In this document: piece after piece, positions 51,757 to 60,982 of the stretch
How the letters are laid out: every line of letters begins with the position of its first letter
Numbering within the stretch: position 1 is the stretch's first letter
Source of the DNA: a virus
Taxonomy: Duplodnaviria; Caudoviricetes
Virus record (IMG/VR): IMGVR_UViG_3300021255_002694
Reading direction: 5' to 3' (one strand)
Length of the DNA: 64,000 bases
The notes under the pieces: model-generated
What the model saw: the letters and a program-made list of their open reading frames with translations, nothing else
Told to the model about the DNA's origin: nothing
Database searches by the model: none
Position numbers and translations under genes: made by a program

Positions 51757-52893
51757 ATGAAAATCACAAAAACACAAGTAAAAGTATCTGATCTTGTAAA
51801 AGATTATCAAGATAAAGATGATCTTGGTGTTACAGGATTTGGTGGAAAACTGCAAATTAGACCTAATTACCAGCGAGAATTTGTATATTCTGATGCTAAA
51901 AGAAATGCTGTTATTGATACAGTAATTAAAGGATTTCCTCTTAATACAATGTACTGGAATGATCGTGGAGATGGTGAATATGAAGTTCTTGACGGTCAGC
52001 AACGTACAATTTCTATTTGCAGATATGTTTCCGGTGATTTCTCTATGAATATCGGCGGAGTCGCACAGTTCTTCCACAATCTTGATGATGAAATTAAGAA
52101 TAAGATTCTTAACTATGAACTTGAAGTATATATTTGTACCGGAACACAAGCCGAACGGCTTGAGTGGTTCAAAGTAATCAATATCGGCGGAGAGACATTG
52201 ACAGATCAAGAACTTCTTAATGCAACATATGCAGGTACATGGCTTAGTGATGCAAAACTGTATTTTTCTAAGCGTGGATGTTCTGCACAGAAAATGTCTG
52301 ATGGTTACTTAAAGGGAAATCCAATTAGACAGGAGATTCTTGAAAAAGCATTAAAGTGGATTTCTGATAGAGATGGATATAAGTCCATTGATATGTATAT
52401 GGCAAAACATCAGCATGATCCTGATGCAAATGATCTCTGGCAGTATTTTCAACAAGTAATCGCATGGGCAAAGATGATTTTCCCGAAAGCACGAAAAGGT
52501 ATTACAGACTGTCAGGAATGGGGAATTCTATACAATAAGTATCATTCTAATTCTTATAATACAAATACTATTGAAACAGATATTCAAAGACTTATTGCAG
52601 ATGATGATGTTACAAAGAAATCTGGAATCGTTCAATATCTTCTTTCTCCTAGAACAGAATTTGATGAAAAGTATCTTTCTATTCGCGCATTTACACAAAC
52701 ACAGAAACTTCGTGCTTATGAAGCGCAAAATCATAAATGCCCAATTTGTATGAGAAGCGGAATTGAGGTTGAATATACCATTGATGAAATGCAAGCAGAT
52801 CACATCATTCCGTGGTCTAAAGGTGGAAGAACTGTTGACGATAACTTGCAAATGCTTTGTAAGAAGTGTAATAGTGAAAAAAGTAATAAATAA
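51757..52893 (+). CDS. DUF262 + HNH endonuclease (GmrSD-like; probable restriction partner of the MTase)
   Basis: IRPNYQREFVY, EVLDGQQRT, WFKVINIGG; C-terminal CPIC...ADHIIPWSKGGRT..NLQMLCKKCN..K. Confidence 0.88.
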   Translation: MKITKTQVKVSDLVKDYQDKDDLGVTGFGGKLQIRPNYQREFVYSDAKRNAVIDTVIKGFPLNTMYWNDRGDGEYEVLDGQQRTISICRYVSGDFSMNIGGVAQFFHNLDDEIKNKILNYELEVYICTGTQAERLEWFKVINIGGETLTDQELLNATYAGTWLSDAKLYFSKRGCSAQKMSDGYLKGNPIRQEILEKALKWISDRDGYKSIDMYMAKHQHDPDANDLWQYFQQVIAWAKMIFPKARKGITDCQEWGILYNKYHSNSYNTNTIETDIQRLIADDDVTKKSGIVQYLLSPRTEFDEKYLSIRAFTQTQKLRAYEAQNHKCPICMRSGIEVEYTIDEMQADHIIPWSKGGRTVDDNLQMLCKKCNSEKSNK

Positions 52894-52915
52894 AAGTTGA
52901 AAGAGATGGAACGGT

Positions 52916-54466
52916 ATGACATATAATCTAATTGATGAACCTTGGATTAAGGTGAAATACCTTGACGGAACAACTACAGAAGTTGGAATTAGAAAATGTT
53001 TTGAAGATGCTGAAATCATTGATGATATTCTTGCTCCTAGTTTTCGCAGAGATACAATGCATATTTATTATATTCCAACACTAAGACTTCTAACAACTAT
53101 TGTTATGGCTGCGTATTTCAAGCCGGAACAGGACTTCACATCAAGAAATTTCAAGTATTTGCGTAAATTTGAAACCGGAATTTATACAGATGTTATTAAA
53201 GAATATCTTGATAAATTCCATGATCGGTTTGATGTTCTTTCTGTCGATTATCCTTTCTTGCAGAATAAAGACATTCTTGGAAAAGTTGAAGAAAACAAAA
53301 ACTGTGTTACATGGAACCCATTTATTCCGAGTGCGAATAACAAAGTTTTTGGTAAAAACAGATCACAAGATATGCAAGCAAATGATATTCTATCTCAATA
53401 TGAAATGACCGTAAAAGAATATGTATACTATCTTCTTTACACAGCAGTCATGGGTGTATATCCGTCAACGAAAGTTTCAAAGGAGACTGCACTTGAAGCA
53501 AAAGCAATGATTTATATTTCACTGAAAGGTAAAAATCTTTTGCAGACAATTTGTAATAATGTTTTCAAACTTAATAAAAGCAATGATTCAGACAATGATT
53601 ATGACAGACCTATTTGGGAACTTGAAAGAGTTGCAGATGTAGAAACATTGTTTCCTGTTAATTGTGATATACCTAGACAGAACAATAAGCTGATCTGTAG
53701 TTTCTATCCTGGCATCTCAATAATGAACACCGGAGCATCTGGATCAATGATTTCTGGATTTGTTAGAACAGGAACAGAAACGCTTGAAAACACAACAATC
53801 AATCAGGATGAGACAGCGGCTCTAGCTGATCCAAACGTATATTGTTGTGATTCTGCTGTATCAAAATCAGACAAAGACGGTAATAAGTCATATAAGGAAT
53901 TTAGTATTGATTCTGGTTTCGCAAGTTCAATCTGTATCGCGGCAACATCTCACATTGGAGATAACATGGCTTGCAATATCCTGAGTAATAACCGAGATTT
54001 TTCAGATTGTTCAGTAAGAATCTTTTTCAGAATGTTCGATGGCATGAAAGTTAGTCTTTTTCAATGTGGTGAAATTTCTGGAAATAATGCTAAGACATGG
54101 GAAATTTTACAGAATACTGATAAACATAACATAGCAGTTAAGTATAGCGAAACATATTATAAGATTAGAAAATGCTTAACAGGCTGTATTGCTGATATGT
54201 TCTCAGGAAAGAAAGTATCAGACAGTTTTATTAAAAAAGCTGTCAAGAATTTTTCTGATTTCATGGAACATGATTTCTTCAATGATTTCACAGTTGATCT
54301 TATAGAAGATGCAGAGAATGCTATTTATAAATTTGTTGAAAGATCGAGTGATGTTACGAAACAGATAGTCTCTGAAATTGTATGTTTCTCGGATAACATG
54401 ATCGGAAGTGCTAACGCTGTTTCAAAATTTAATAAGAACATGAAAAAATTGATTGAGGGGTGTTAA
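52916..54466 (+). CDS. cas8e: type I-E Cascade large subunit Cas8e/Cse1
   Basis: N-terminal YNLIDEPWIKV, FDV...PFLQ, GKNLLQTI..N, RPIWE; first gene of the cas operon. Confidence 0.85.
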   Translation: MTYNLIDEPWIKVKYLDGTTTEVGIRKCFEDAEIIDDILAPSFRRDTMHIYYIPTLRLLTTIVMAAYFKPEQDFTSRNFKYLRKFETGIYTDVIKEYLDKFHDRFDVLSVDYPFLQNKDILGKVEENKNCVTWNPFIPSANNKVFGKNRSQDMQANDILSQYEMTVKEYVYYLLYTAVMGVYPSTKVSKETALEAKAMIYISLKGKNLLQTICNNVFKLNKSNDSDNDYDRPIWELERVADVETLFPVNCDIPRQNNKLICSFYPGISIMNTGASGSMISGFVRTGTETLENTTINQDETAALADPNVYCCDSAVSKSDKDGNKSYKEFSIDSGFASSICIAATSHIGDNMACNILSNNRDFSDCSVRIFFRMFDGMKVSLFQCGEISGNNAKTWEILQNTDKHNIAVKYSETYYKIRKCLTGCIADMFSGKKVSDSFIKKAVKNFSDFMEHDFFNDFTVDLIEDAENAIYKFVERSSDVTKQIVSEIVCFSDNMIGSANAVSKFNKNMKKLIEGC

Positions 54467-54467
54467 T

Positions 54468-54995
54468 ATGAGTACAAGTTCCGAGTTTGTTAAAAGTCTA
54501 TGGGCTAATCTATATGCTAAGTCTGGAAGCATCTATTGCTTGAAACGCGCATTTGGAAACTCTGTGAGCAGTTCCGATATCAACACATATATGTCTTTTT
54601 TAGATGTGTCAGGTAACACTTTTCCGGATAAACAGAAAGAGGTATACTTCCTTGTAGCAACAATGTTCTACAACTTTGAAAGACCTAATCAGGCAGAGAA
54701 AGATAACAGAACATTTGTGACATTCGAGAGACTTATTTCAAGAATCTACGGTAAGTCTAAATCTACAGACAAGATGATCCGGAATTTCATTGACAGTGAT
54801 TTTGACTCAAACGGTATTTTTGTCAATAGACTTGTAAGGCTGTCTAACAGATGTAAAAAAGAACTTCACAGCGGAGAGCATCTTGATTTCAACTCACTGA
54901 TCAATGATCTTGTTAGATGGAATGACGAATCCAAGTCTGTTAAGTTTAAGTGGGCATCTCAGATTGTGTCAAAATACACAAAAAATGACAAGTAA
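54468..54995 (+). CDS. cse2: type I-E small subunit Cas11/Cse2
   Basis: Position and size; LKRAFG, YFLVATMF, LDFNSLINDLVRW....VKFKWA. Confidence 0.78.
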   Translation: MSTSSEFVKSLWANLYAKSGSIYCLKRAFGNSVSSSDINTYMSFLDVSGNTFPDKQKEVYFLVATMFYNFERPNQAEKDNRTFVTFERLISRIYGKSKSTDKMIRNFIDSDFDSNGIFVNRLVRLSNRCKKELHSGEHLDFNSLINDLVRWNDESKSVKFKWASQIVSKYTKNDK

Positions 54996-55023
54996 CATTG
55001 TGACACTTTATATTCAAAAACAC

Positions 55024-55061
55024 TTGACAGGATATAATATTTATAGTATACTATATTTACA
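55024..55061 (+). promoter_or_regulatory. phage early promoter inside the cas operon, upstream of cas7
   Basis: TTGACA-17-TATACT-ATATTTACA, same consensus as the other early promoters. Confidence 0.85.
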
Positions 55062-55103
55062 GCAAAAGGCTGTAAACAGTAATTATTAAAAGGAGTAAAA
55101 ATT

Positions 55104-56321
55104 ATGGGAAAATTCGTAAGTCTGTCTATGTTGAAGAATTATTCTCCATCACTTGTGAACAGAGATGATTCCGGTGATGCAAAACAGGTTGTTGTTGGTG
55201 GAGTAAACCGTGCTAGAATTTCAAGCCAATGCTTGAAGAGGGCTGTGCGAGAGGAAATCGGAAACAGAGGTATTACAACCGCACATCTTGAAGACCTTGT
55301 TGAGCAGATTCTTTCCGATGAGTGTGTAAAAGGAACTATCTCTGAATCTGATATTGAAACTATTGGAAAAGCCGTTTGCTGTGAAGATGTACTCAACTGT
55401 GATTGGTCTAAGAGAGCATCAAAGACTGGTGAGAAGAAAGATGATGACGGAAAAGGCAGAACAGTCAATCAGGTTAATATGGTTGAGATCGGAACTGTAA
55501 TTAGGGTTGCAATCGAAAACAAGGACGCAAATCAGAAGGAACTTGTTAAAGCGATTAGAAATGCTCTTAATGATGTAAGAATTTCTGTAGATAAAGCAAT
55601 GTTTGGAACAATGGCAACATCCGGTTTGATTGAGACTGTTGATGGTGCTGTTCAGGTTGCACAGACATTCAGCATTGATGAGTACATCCCCGAAGATGAT
55701 TTTATCGTAGCAAAATTCTCTGCTGAAAATACAGATGACTTTGATCCGTTTTTCGGTAGTTACAAGAAATTTGAGAATGACAACATGAGAAAAACAGGAA
55801 GTGAAACACTTGCAAGTTCATGTCTGCACTCTAACACAATGCTTACATGCACATCCGTGAATGTTACAGAACTTAAAAGAAATCTATCTAGCAGTATTCA
55901 GCATACAGCGATTGATGTTGAAAATATTGATTCTGATGTTGCAAAAAGTGTATGTGACTATATCGAAACTGTAATCACAGCAGAACCGTCCGCAAAACAG
56001 AATGCCATGTCTGCACACTCTGTTCCGGCAGTTGTATATATTGAAGTTATTGAAGATGGTGCTGTTAAGTATCCGCAAGGTTCTTTTGAAAAGATCGTAA
56101 GGAGAACGGAATCCGATTCTGTATCTGAAATCGGAATTAAGCGAATTTCAGAATTTGCTGCCGATGATACTTTCAGAACAGGTAACATTAAGAAGTATGT
56201 CATGCTTTCTGCACCGTATAAGCGTCTTGAAGATATGTTTACAGATTCCGGAGTTACTGTAATTAAGAATCTAAGTAATCTTAGAGAAATTCTTGGTTCG
56301 GATATTCTTGGCATGATTTAA
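55104..56321 (+). CDS. cas7: type I-E Cas7/Cse4
   Basis: PSLVNRDDSGDAK..VGGVNRARISSQCLKRAVR, VDKAMFG.M, VDGAVQVAQ, KQNAMSAH. Confidence 0.92.
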   Translation: MGKFVSLSMLKNYSPSLVNRDDSGDAKQVVVGGVNRARISSQCLKRAVREEIGNRGITTAHLEDLVEQILSDECVKGTISESDIETIGKAVCCEDVLNCDWSKRASKTGEKKDDDGKGRTVNQVNMVEIGTVIRVAIENKDANQKELVKAIRNALNDVRISVDKAMFGTMATSGLIETVDGAVQVAQTFSIDEYIPEDDFIVAKFSAENTDDFDPFFGSYKKFENDNMRKTGSETLASSCLHSNTMLTCTSVNVTELKRNLSSSIQHTAIDVENIDSDVAKSVCDYIETVITAEPSAKQNAMSAHSVPAVVYIEVIEDGAVKYPQGSFEKIVRRTESDSVSEIGIKRISEFAADDTFRTGNIKKYVMLSAPYKRLEDMFTDSGVTVIKNLSNLREILGSDILGMI

Positions 56322-56392
56322 ATGTACCGTGCATGGATTGAAGCTAAATAATTTTGTGTGACATGCATATCGAAATCCACGTATTTCATAGT

Positions 56393-57148
56393 CTTTTTCC
56401 CACGCACATGGGGGTTATCCTATGCAGGTTTCCATGCACCTGATTTTCTTCCACTTTTTCCCACGCACATGGGGGTTATCCTCAAGCAAAAGGTCCTGAT
56501 TACTTTGAAGATATCTTTTTCCCACGCACATGGGGGTTATCCTGCCATCTTACTGGTTTCATAAAATCAAATCCTCTTTTTCCCACGCACATGGGGGTTA
56601 TCCCATCTTTCAATTCCTCCTCTGGAATTAGTTTGACTTTTTCCCACTCACACGGGGGTTATCTCAAAATCAAGATATTCCTGCTGCTGCAATTCGGATT
56701 TTTCCAACTCATACGGGTGGTTATCCTTTTCCAGTGATCGGATCAAAACCATCCTTTAACTTTTTCCTACTTTCGTGGAGTTATCCCTATTACAGGACTT
56801 GCACAATCAATACCTGAACCTTTTTCCACTCGCGTGGTGGTTATCCGCATTCGAGTCTTTCAGTCTGTGTTCCAGTACAGCTTTTCCCACCTGCATGGGG
56901 GTTATCCTTACTAGAAGAATTCCTTTCATAATATGTCTCATTTTCCCACTCGAATTGGGTTATCCAGATATTCCACAGGTATTGGTCCAAATCCAAGTCT
57001 TTTTCTCCACACACATGGGGTTATCCTTGATTTGTCAGAGTTCCTGGTGTACAAGCACACTTTTTCCCATGCAAGTTGGGGGTTATCCTACTCTGCTGTT
57101 TTGATAATTGCATCCGTTGTCCTTTTCCCGTGCAAACGGGGGTTATCC
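56393..57148 (+). CRISPR. type I-E CRISPR array 1: 13 repeats, 12 spacers of about 33 nt
   Basis: Repeat CTTTTTCCCACGCACATGGGGGTTATCC; copies 1-4 identical (56393, 56454, 56515, 56576), later copies divergent; about 61-bp period. Confidence 0.95.
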
Positions 57149-57170
57149 TTAAAAGAGAGGGGTTTACTTT

Positions 57171-57692
57171 ATGAAATATATTAAGCTAATGTTTAAAGGT
57201 GTATTGCAGCATTACGCACCACCTAAATATGTTGTTATTGCACCATCAAGCACATATTATAGAACAGAGAGATGTCCAACAAAATCATCTATTGTAGGTC
57301 TTATTGGAGCATCTTCCGGATATGATAGAGATGATATTAGACTTATAGAATTAAAAAATAAAATTGACTGTAAGTATTCTATTATTAGAAATGGAACAGT
57401 TATTGTTGATTTTCAAACTGTAAGACCAATCGGTGATGAAAAATTCAGAAAAGTTGATGGTGGACTATCAACTGGTGCAATCATTAAGAAAGTTGAGTAT
57501 CTTCAAAATTATTCTTTTAATGTATATGTTGGTGCAGACGATGGAACTTTGAAACAGATTTACGATGCGCTTAGAAATCCTGTTTACCACCAATATTTTG
57601 GAAAAAGAAGTTGTGTTCCATCAGAACCTATTGTTACAGATTTTAATGTTGTTGATTTGGGGGTGCTTGAAAATGTATATGACTGTCCTTAA
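57171..57692 (+). CDS. cas5: type I-E Cas5
   Basis: LMFKGVLQHY, RTERCPTKSSIVGLIGASSG, EYL, ALRNP....YFGKRSCVPSEP. Confidence 0.9.
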   Translation: MKYIKLMFKGVLQHYAPPKYVVIAPSSTYYRTERCPTKSSIVGLIGASSGYDRDDIRLIELKNKIDCKYSIIRNGTVIVDFQTVRPIGDEKFRKVDGGLSTGAIIKKVEYLQNYSFNVYVGADDGTLKQIYDALRNPVYHQYFGKRSCVPSEPIVTDFNVVDLGVLENVYDCP

Positions 57693-58248
57693 AATTGATT
57701 TTGATTCACTTCAAACAAGATCATATCTTATGAAGATTGATGATGGTGATTTCATGCATAGATGGCTTACATCACAGATGGATTGTGAAAGAGTAGATCA
57801 GCATATTCTATACAGGGTTGACAAGTTTACAGACTCAATCTATATTTATATTCAATCTGACTCTGCATTCAATCTTAAAAATGTGCAGAAGTCTGGAATG
57901 AGTGTTGTTAAGCAGTTTGAAATTAACTGTGTCGGAGATAAAATCGCATTTGCTGTAAGATGTTTCCCGACTCACAGAGTAGGAGATAAAAGACTTTACA
58001 TCCTTAATACAGATGATCGCATGAACTATGTTAAAAGAATTTTATCGAGATATATTGATGTTGAGTCACTGACAGAAAATAGGTCTGCAATGTATTCAGT
58101 TAAAGGGAACGTAAAGTTGACATTTTGTGATTTCTCCGGTGTTGGAACTGTGAAGAACATGGGTAATTTTATGAATATTGTTAGGAATGGTATTGGAAAA
58201 TGCAAATGCTATGGCGCTGGAATGCTTCTTTTTAAGGGTGTGAATTGA
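57673..58248 (+). CDS. cas6e: type I-E Cas6e/Cse3
   Basis: MYMTVL, MHRWL, ILYRVD, IYIQS; C-terminal Gly loop GIGKCKCYGAGML. Confidence 0.85.
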   Translation: MYMTVLKIDFDSLQTRSYLMKIDDGDFMHRWLTSQMDCERVDQHILYRVDKFTDSIYIYIQSDSAFNLKNVQKSGMSVVKQFEINCVGDKIAFAVRCFPTHRVGDKRLYILNTDDRMNYVKRILSRYIDVESLTENRSAMYSVKGNVKLTFCDFSGVGTVKNMGNFMNIVRNGIGKCKCYGAGMLLFKGVN

Positions 58249-60981
58249 GTGAAAAAATCTTGGTGTGTACTTGCATATGTGAATCCAACAAATGAAGTAA
58301 GAGGAAAAACAAGAAGATACCTCTATGAGGTCAAGCCAAATGTGTTTGTCGGTACTGTATCTACTTTAGTCAGAGAAACACTCTGGAATAAGATTAAAGA
58401 AACAAATACACTTGCTTCTATTATCTATTCAGCTAATACTGAACAGGGATTTAAGTCTGAAAGTACATACGGAGATGCAATGTTTTCGGATTTCGATGGA
58501 GTTATTCTTCCGACTTTTGAAAAAAGCATTCTGTCTGTAAAAGACATTTATGCAAAATCTGACGGCAAGAAACTGATTGATCATCTATTTGAAGCCGGAT
58601 ATATTGCACATGCACTTCTTACATATGGTAGAGGAAAGAATGCGATTCAACACATTGCAAAGTTGCTCAATGTAGATGTAGATAAACTAATTGATCTTAC
58701 TTGTTTTCTTATTGGAACGCATGATATCGGTAAAGCACATCCAACTTTTCAATTAAATCTAAATGATTCCAATACGTGCTGTGATGAAATTCATGACACA
58801 GTAATTAAACTCTTTCTCAGTGGATCATTCGATGTTACCGATAGCGGAGAAATGCGACATGAAAGATATTCAAGAGATATTTTATATGACTATTTTAATG
58901 ATCTTGGATTAGATGAATATTCATATGAATACCTTGCAGATATTATTGCATTTCACCATCAAGGCAAACTTGGAGATGCCGAAGAACTGACTGTATGTTA
59001 TGGATCAGAGACAGAAGATCGCTGGAAAGAGTGGAGAAATGTTCAGAGGCAGATGATTGAAAAAGTGCGATCAATCTGGAATATTGACACAGACTTCATC
59101 AAAAGCCTTGAGGATAAAAAATATACAAACGGTCTTTGTTACTTTATTCTTTCTGTAATGGTAACATCTGATTGGATTGTATCTGGAAAACATTTTGTGC
59201 AAACACTCAGTAATTGTAAAGGTGATATTGAAAAAGCCGCAAAAAGTTTTATCTGTACAAATCATTTAGATTGTTCTTCTATCAAGGATTCTTTGAAAAA
59301 TATATCTTGGGGTTCAGTATTTTCATTTGATAAGAATGCACTACAGACTTTTGTAACATCTGAAAAAGTTTCAGTAGATACTGATGAATGTCCGATGTAT
59401 GTTATCGAATATCCATGTGGCTATGGAAAGACCGAAGCCGCTCTTGCACTTGCGTTAAAAATCGGCGCAGATAAGAGTGGAATTTATCTCGCTGCACCTA
59501 CAATGTCTACAGCAAAAGGTCTTGCTAATAGATGCCGAGATATTGCAAAAAATGCCGGAATTGAAATGAACATTCCAGAGTTCGACAGCAGTATGATCTG
59601 GGAAGATAATGAGATGGAGAAAATTCCAAGAGAACTGTGGACGAGTAAGACAAGACATCAAATGCTTTATCCATTTGCTGTAGGAACTATTGACCAAGTT
59701 CTTAAATCTGTGATCAAGTATAGGTACTCATGTATCGGTATGCTCGGACTTTCAGATAAGGTCGTTATTATTGATGAAGTTCATGCCTATGATGCTTATA
59801 TGCTGACAGAACTTAAAACGCTGATTAGGTGGTGTAAGTTTCTAGGAGTTCCGATTATTCTTCTGTCTGCAACACTTCCAACTGAAACAAAACAGCAGTT
59901 GTTCTCTGCATCTGGAATAGCGACAGACATTAAAGAGTACAGCAATGAGTATCCACTTATCACATATGCATATAATGGAAAACTTATTCAGGAGCATATT
60001 GATTGTGTTGGAAAAGATGTGAACATTAAAACAGTTGAATCGAATGATATCATTGTGTCAATGCTGAATTCAGCAATGTCTGTTGAATCTGGATGTATTG
60101 CACTTATTGCACCGACAGTTGATGATGCTTTTGCACTGTATGATATGTTGAATGAAGAAGTGACTGATTGTGATGTTATTCTGTATCATGGAAGAATGTC
60201 AGTTTCGGATAAATCTGATAAGGTAAAAGAATTACTAAGACTTTTTGGAAAAGATAGATCAAATAGACCGAAGAAAGCCATTGTTGTTGCGACATCTATC
60301 ATCGAACAATCTCTTGATGTTGATTTTGACTATATGTTCACTGCGCTTGCTCCTATTGATCTTCTTATTCAAAGACTCGGCAGAGTTCACAGACATTCGG
60401 ATAAGGGAACTATTAGAGAGTTTACAAAAATCGACAGTCCTTTTACAGTAGTTATTCCAAGATCATATGATAATCTTGCAAGAATTTATGATTCGGAAAT
60501 TCTAAATAGAACTAAAACAGAACTATCTAAGATTAAAAAATTGAATACCGTTGATGACGTTCGGAGTATTATTGACAGTGCATATAATGGCTATTCTCCA
60601 CAGAGAGATAATATTTCTAGGATCAGAGCAAATTCTGTAACTTTGAATGATCCTGTAAAAAGAGATGCCATTGAAACATCTCCTGAAAATTATAGATCAT
60701 TCGATCCGGTTCTTCCAATAACAAGAGAAGAAAGATATCCTACAACTGATGTAATCATCATTCGTGAAATCAAAGATGAATATAGTTTTGCAGAAATTCG
60801 TGATATCATGTTGAATAACTGTATTAGCGTTGCTTCATACAAACTTAATCCGTTCCATGAACTTGCAATTACGGATTTTGAATTTTTTAGAGATGCAGAA
60901 ATATATGTCAGCGATAGCATGTTCATCACTTCCGGAGAGCATATTATGACACTTACAGGAGATGGGTTGAGGATTGAATGA
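58249..60981 (+). CDS. cas3: Cas2(I-E)-Cas3 fusion (HD nuclease + SF2 helicase)
   Basis: First about 90 aa are I-E Cas2 (RGKTRRYLYEVKPNVFVGTVSTLVRETLW, NTEQGF, DFDGVIL); then YAKS..L.DH, HDIGKA, RHE, FHHQG, SDWI.S; PCGYGKTEAAL, IIDEVHAYD, LLSATLP, EQSLDVDFD, QRLGRVHRH. Confidence 0.92.
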   Translation: MKKSWCVLAYVNPTNEVRGKTRRYLYEVKPNVFVGTVSTLVRETLWNKIKETNTLASIIYSANTEQGFKSESTYGDAMFSDFDGVILPTFEKSILSVKDIYAKSDGKKLIDHLFEAGYIAHALLTYGRGKNAIQHIAKLLNVDVDKLIDLTCFLIGTHDIGKAHPTFQLNLNDSNTCCDEIHDTVIKLFLSGSFDVTDSGEMRHERYSRDILYDYFNDLGLDEYSYEYLADIIAFHHQGKLGDAEELTVCYGSETEDRWKEWRNVQRQMIEKVRSIWNIDTDFIKSLEDKKYTNGLCYFILSVMVTSDWIVSGKHFVQTLSNCKGDIEKAAKSFICTNHLDCSSIKDSLKNISWGSVFSFDKNALQTFVTSEKVSVDTDECPMYVIEYPCGYGKTEAALALALKIGADKSGIYLAAPTMSTAKGLANRCRDIAKNAGIEMNIPEFDSSMIWEDNEMEKIPRELWTSKTRHQMLYPFAVGTIDQVLKSVIKYRYSCIGMLGLSDKVVIIDEVHAYDAYMLTELKTLIRWCKFLGVPIILLSATLPTETKQQLFSASGIATDIKEYSNEYPLITYAYNGKLIQEHIDCVGKDVNIKTVESNDIIVSMLNSAMSVESGCIALIAPTVDDAFALYDMLNEEVTDCDVILYHGRMSVSDKSDKVKELLRLFGKDRSNRPKKAIVVATSIIEQSLDVDFDYMFTALAPIDLLIQRLGRVHRHSDKGTIREFTKIDSPFTVVIPRSYDNLARIYDSEILNRTKTELSKIKKLNTVDDVRSIIDSAYNGYSPQRDNISRIRANSVTLNDPVKRDAIETSPENYRSFDPVLPITREERYPTTDVIIIREIKDEYSFAEIRDIMLNNCISVASYKLNPFHELAITDFEFFRDAEIYVSDSMFITSGEHIMTLTGDGLRIE

Positions 60982-60982
60982 T

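Noticed and set aside
51757-54466. HNH-Cascade (Cas8-HNH or Cas5-HNH type) system
   Set aside because: The HNH is on a separate DUF262 protein paired with the upstream MTase. Cas5 and Cas8e have no HNH extension, and an intact Cas3 is present.
56358-57184. ORFs 56358..56564, 56775..57104 and 56933..57184 (and those in 61024-62009)
   Set aside because: They are translations of CRISPR repeats and spacers.
58249-60981. Classifying the locus as type I-F because of the Cas2-3 fusion
   Set aside because: Cas8e, Cse2, Cas7, Cas5, Cas6e, the Cas2 sequence and the repeat are all I-E type.
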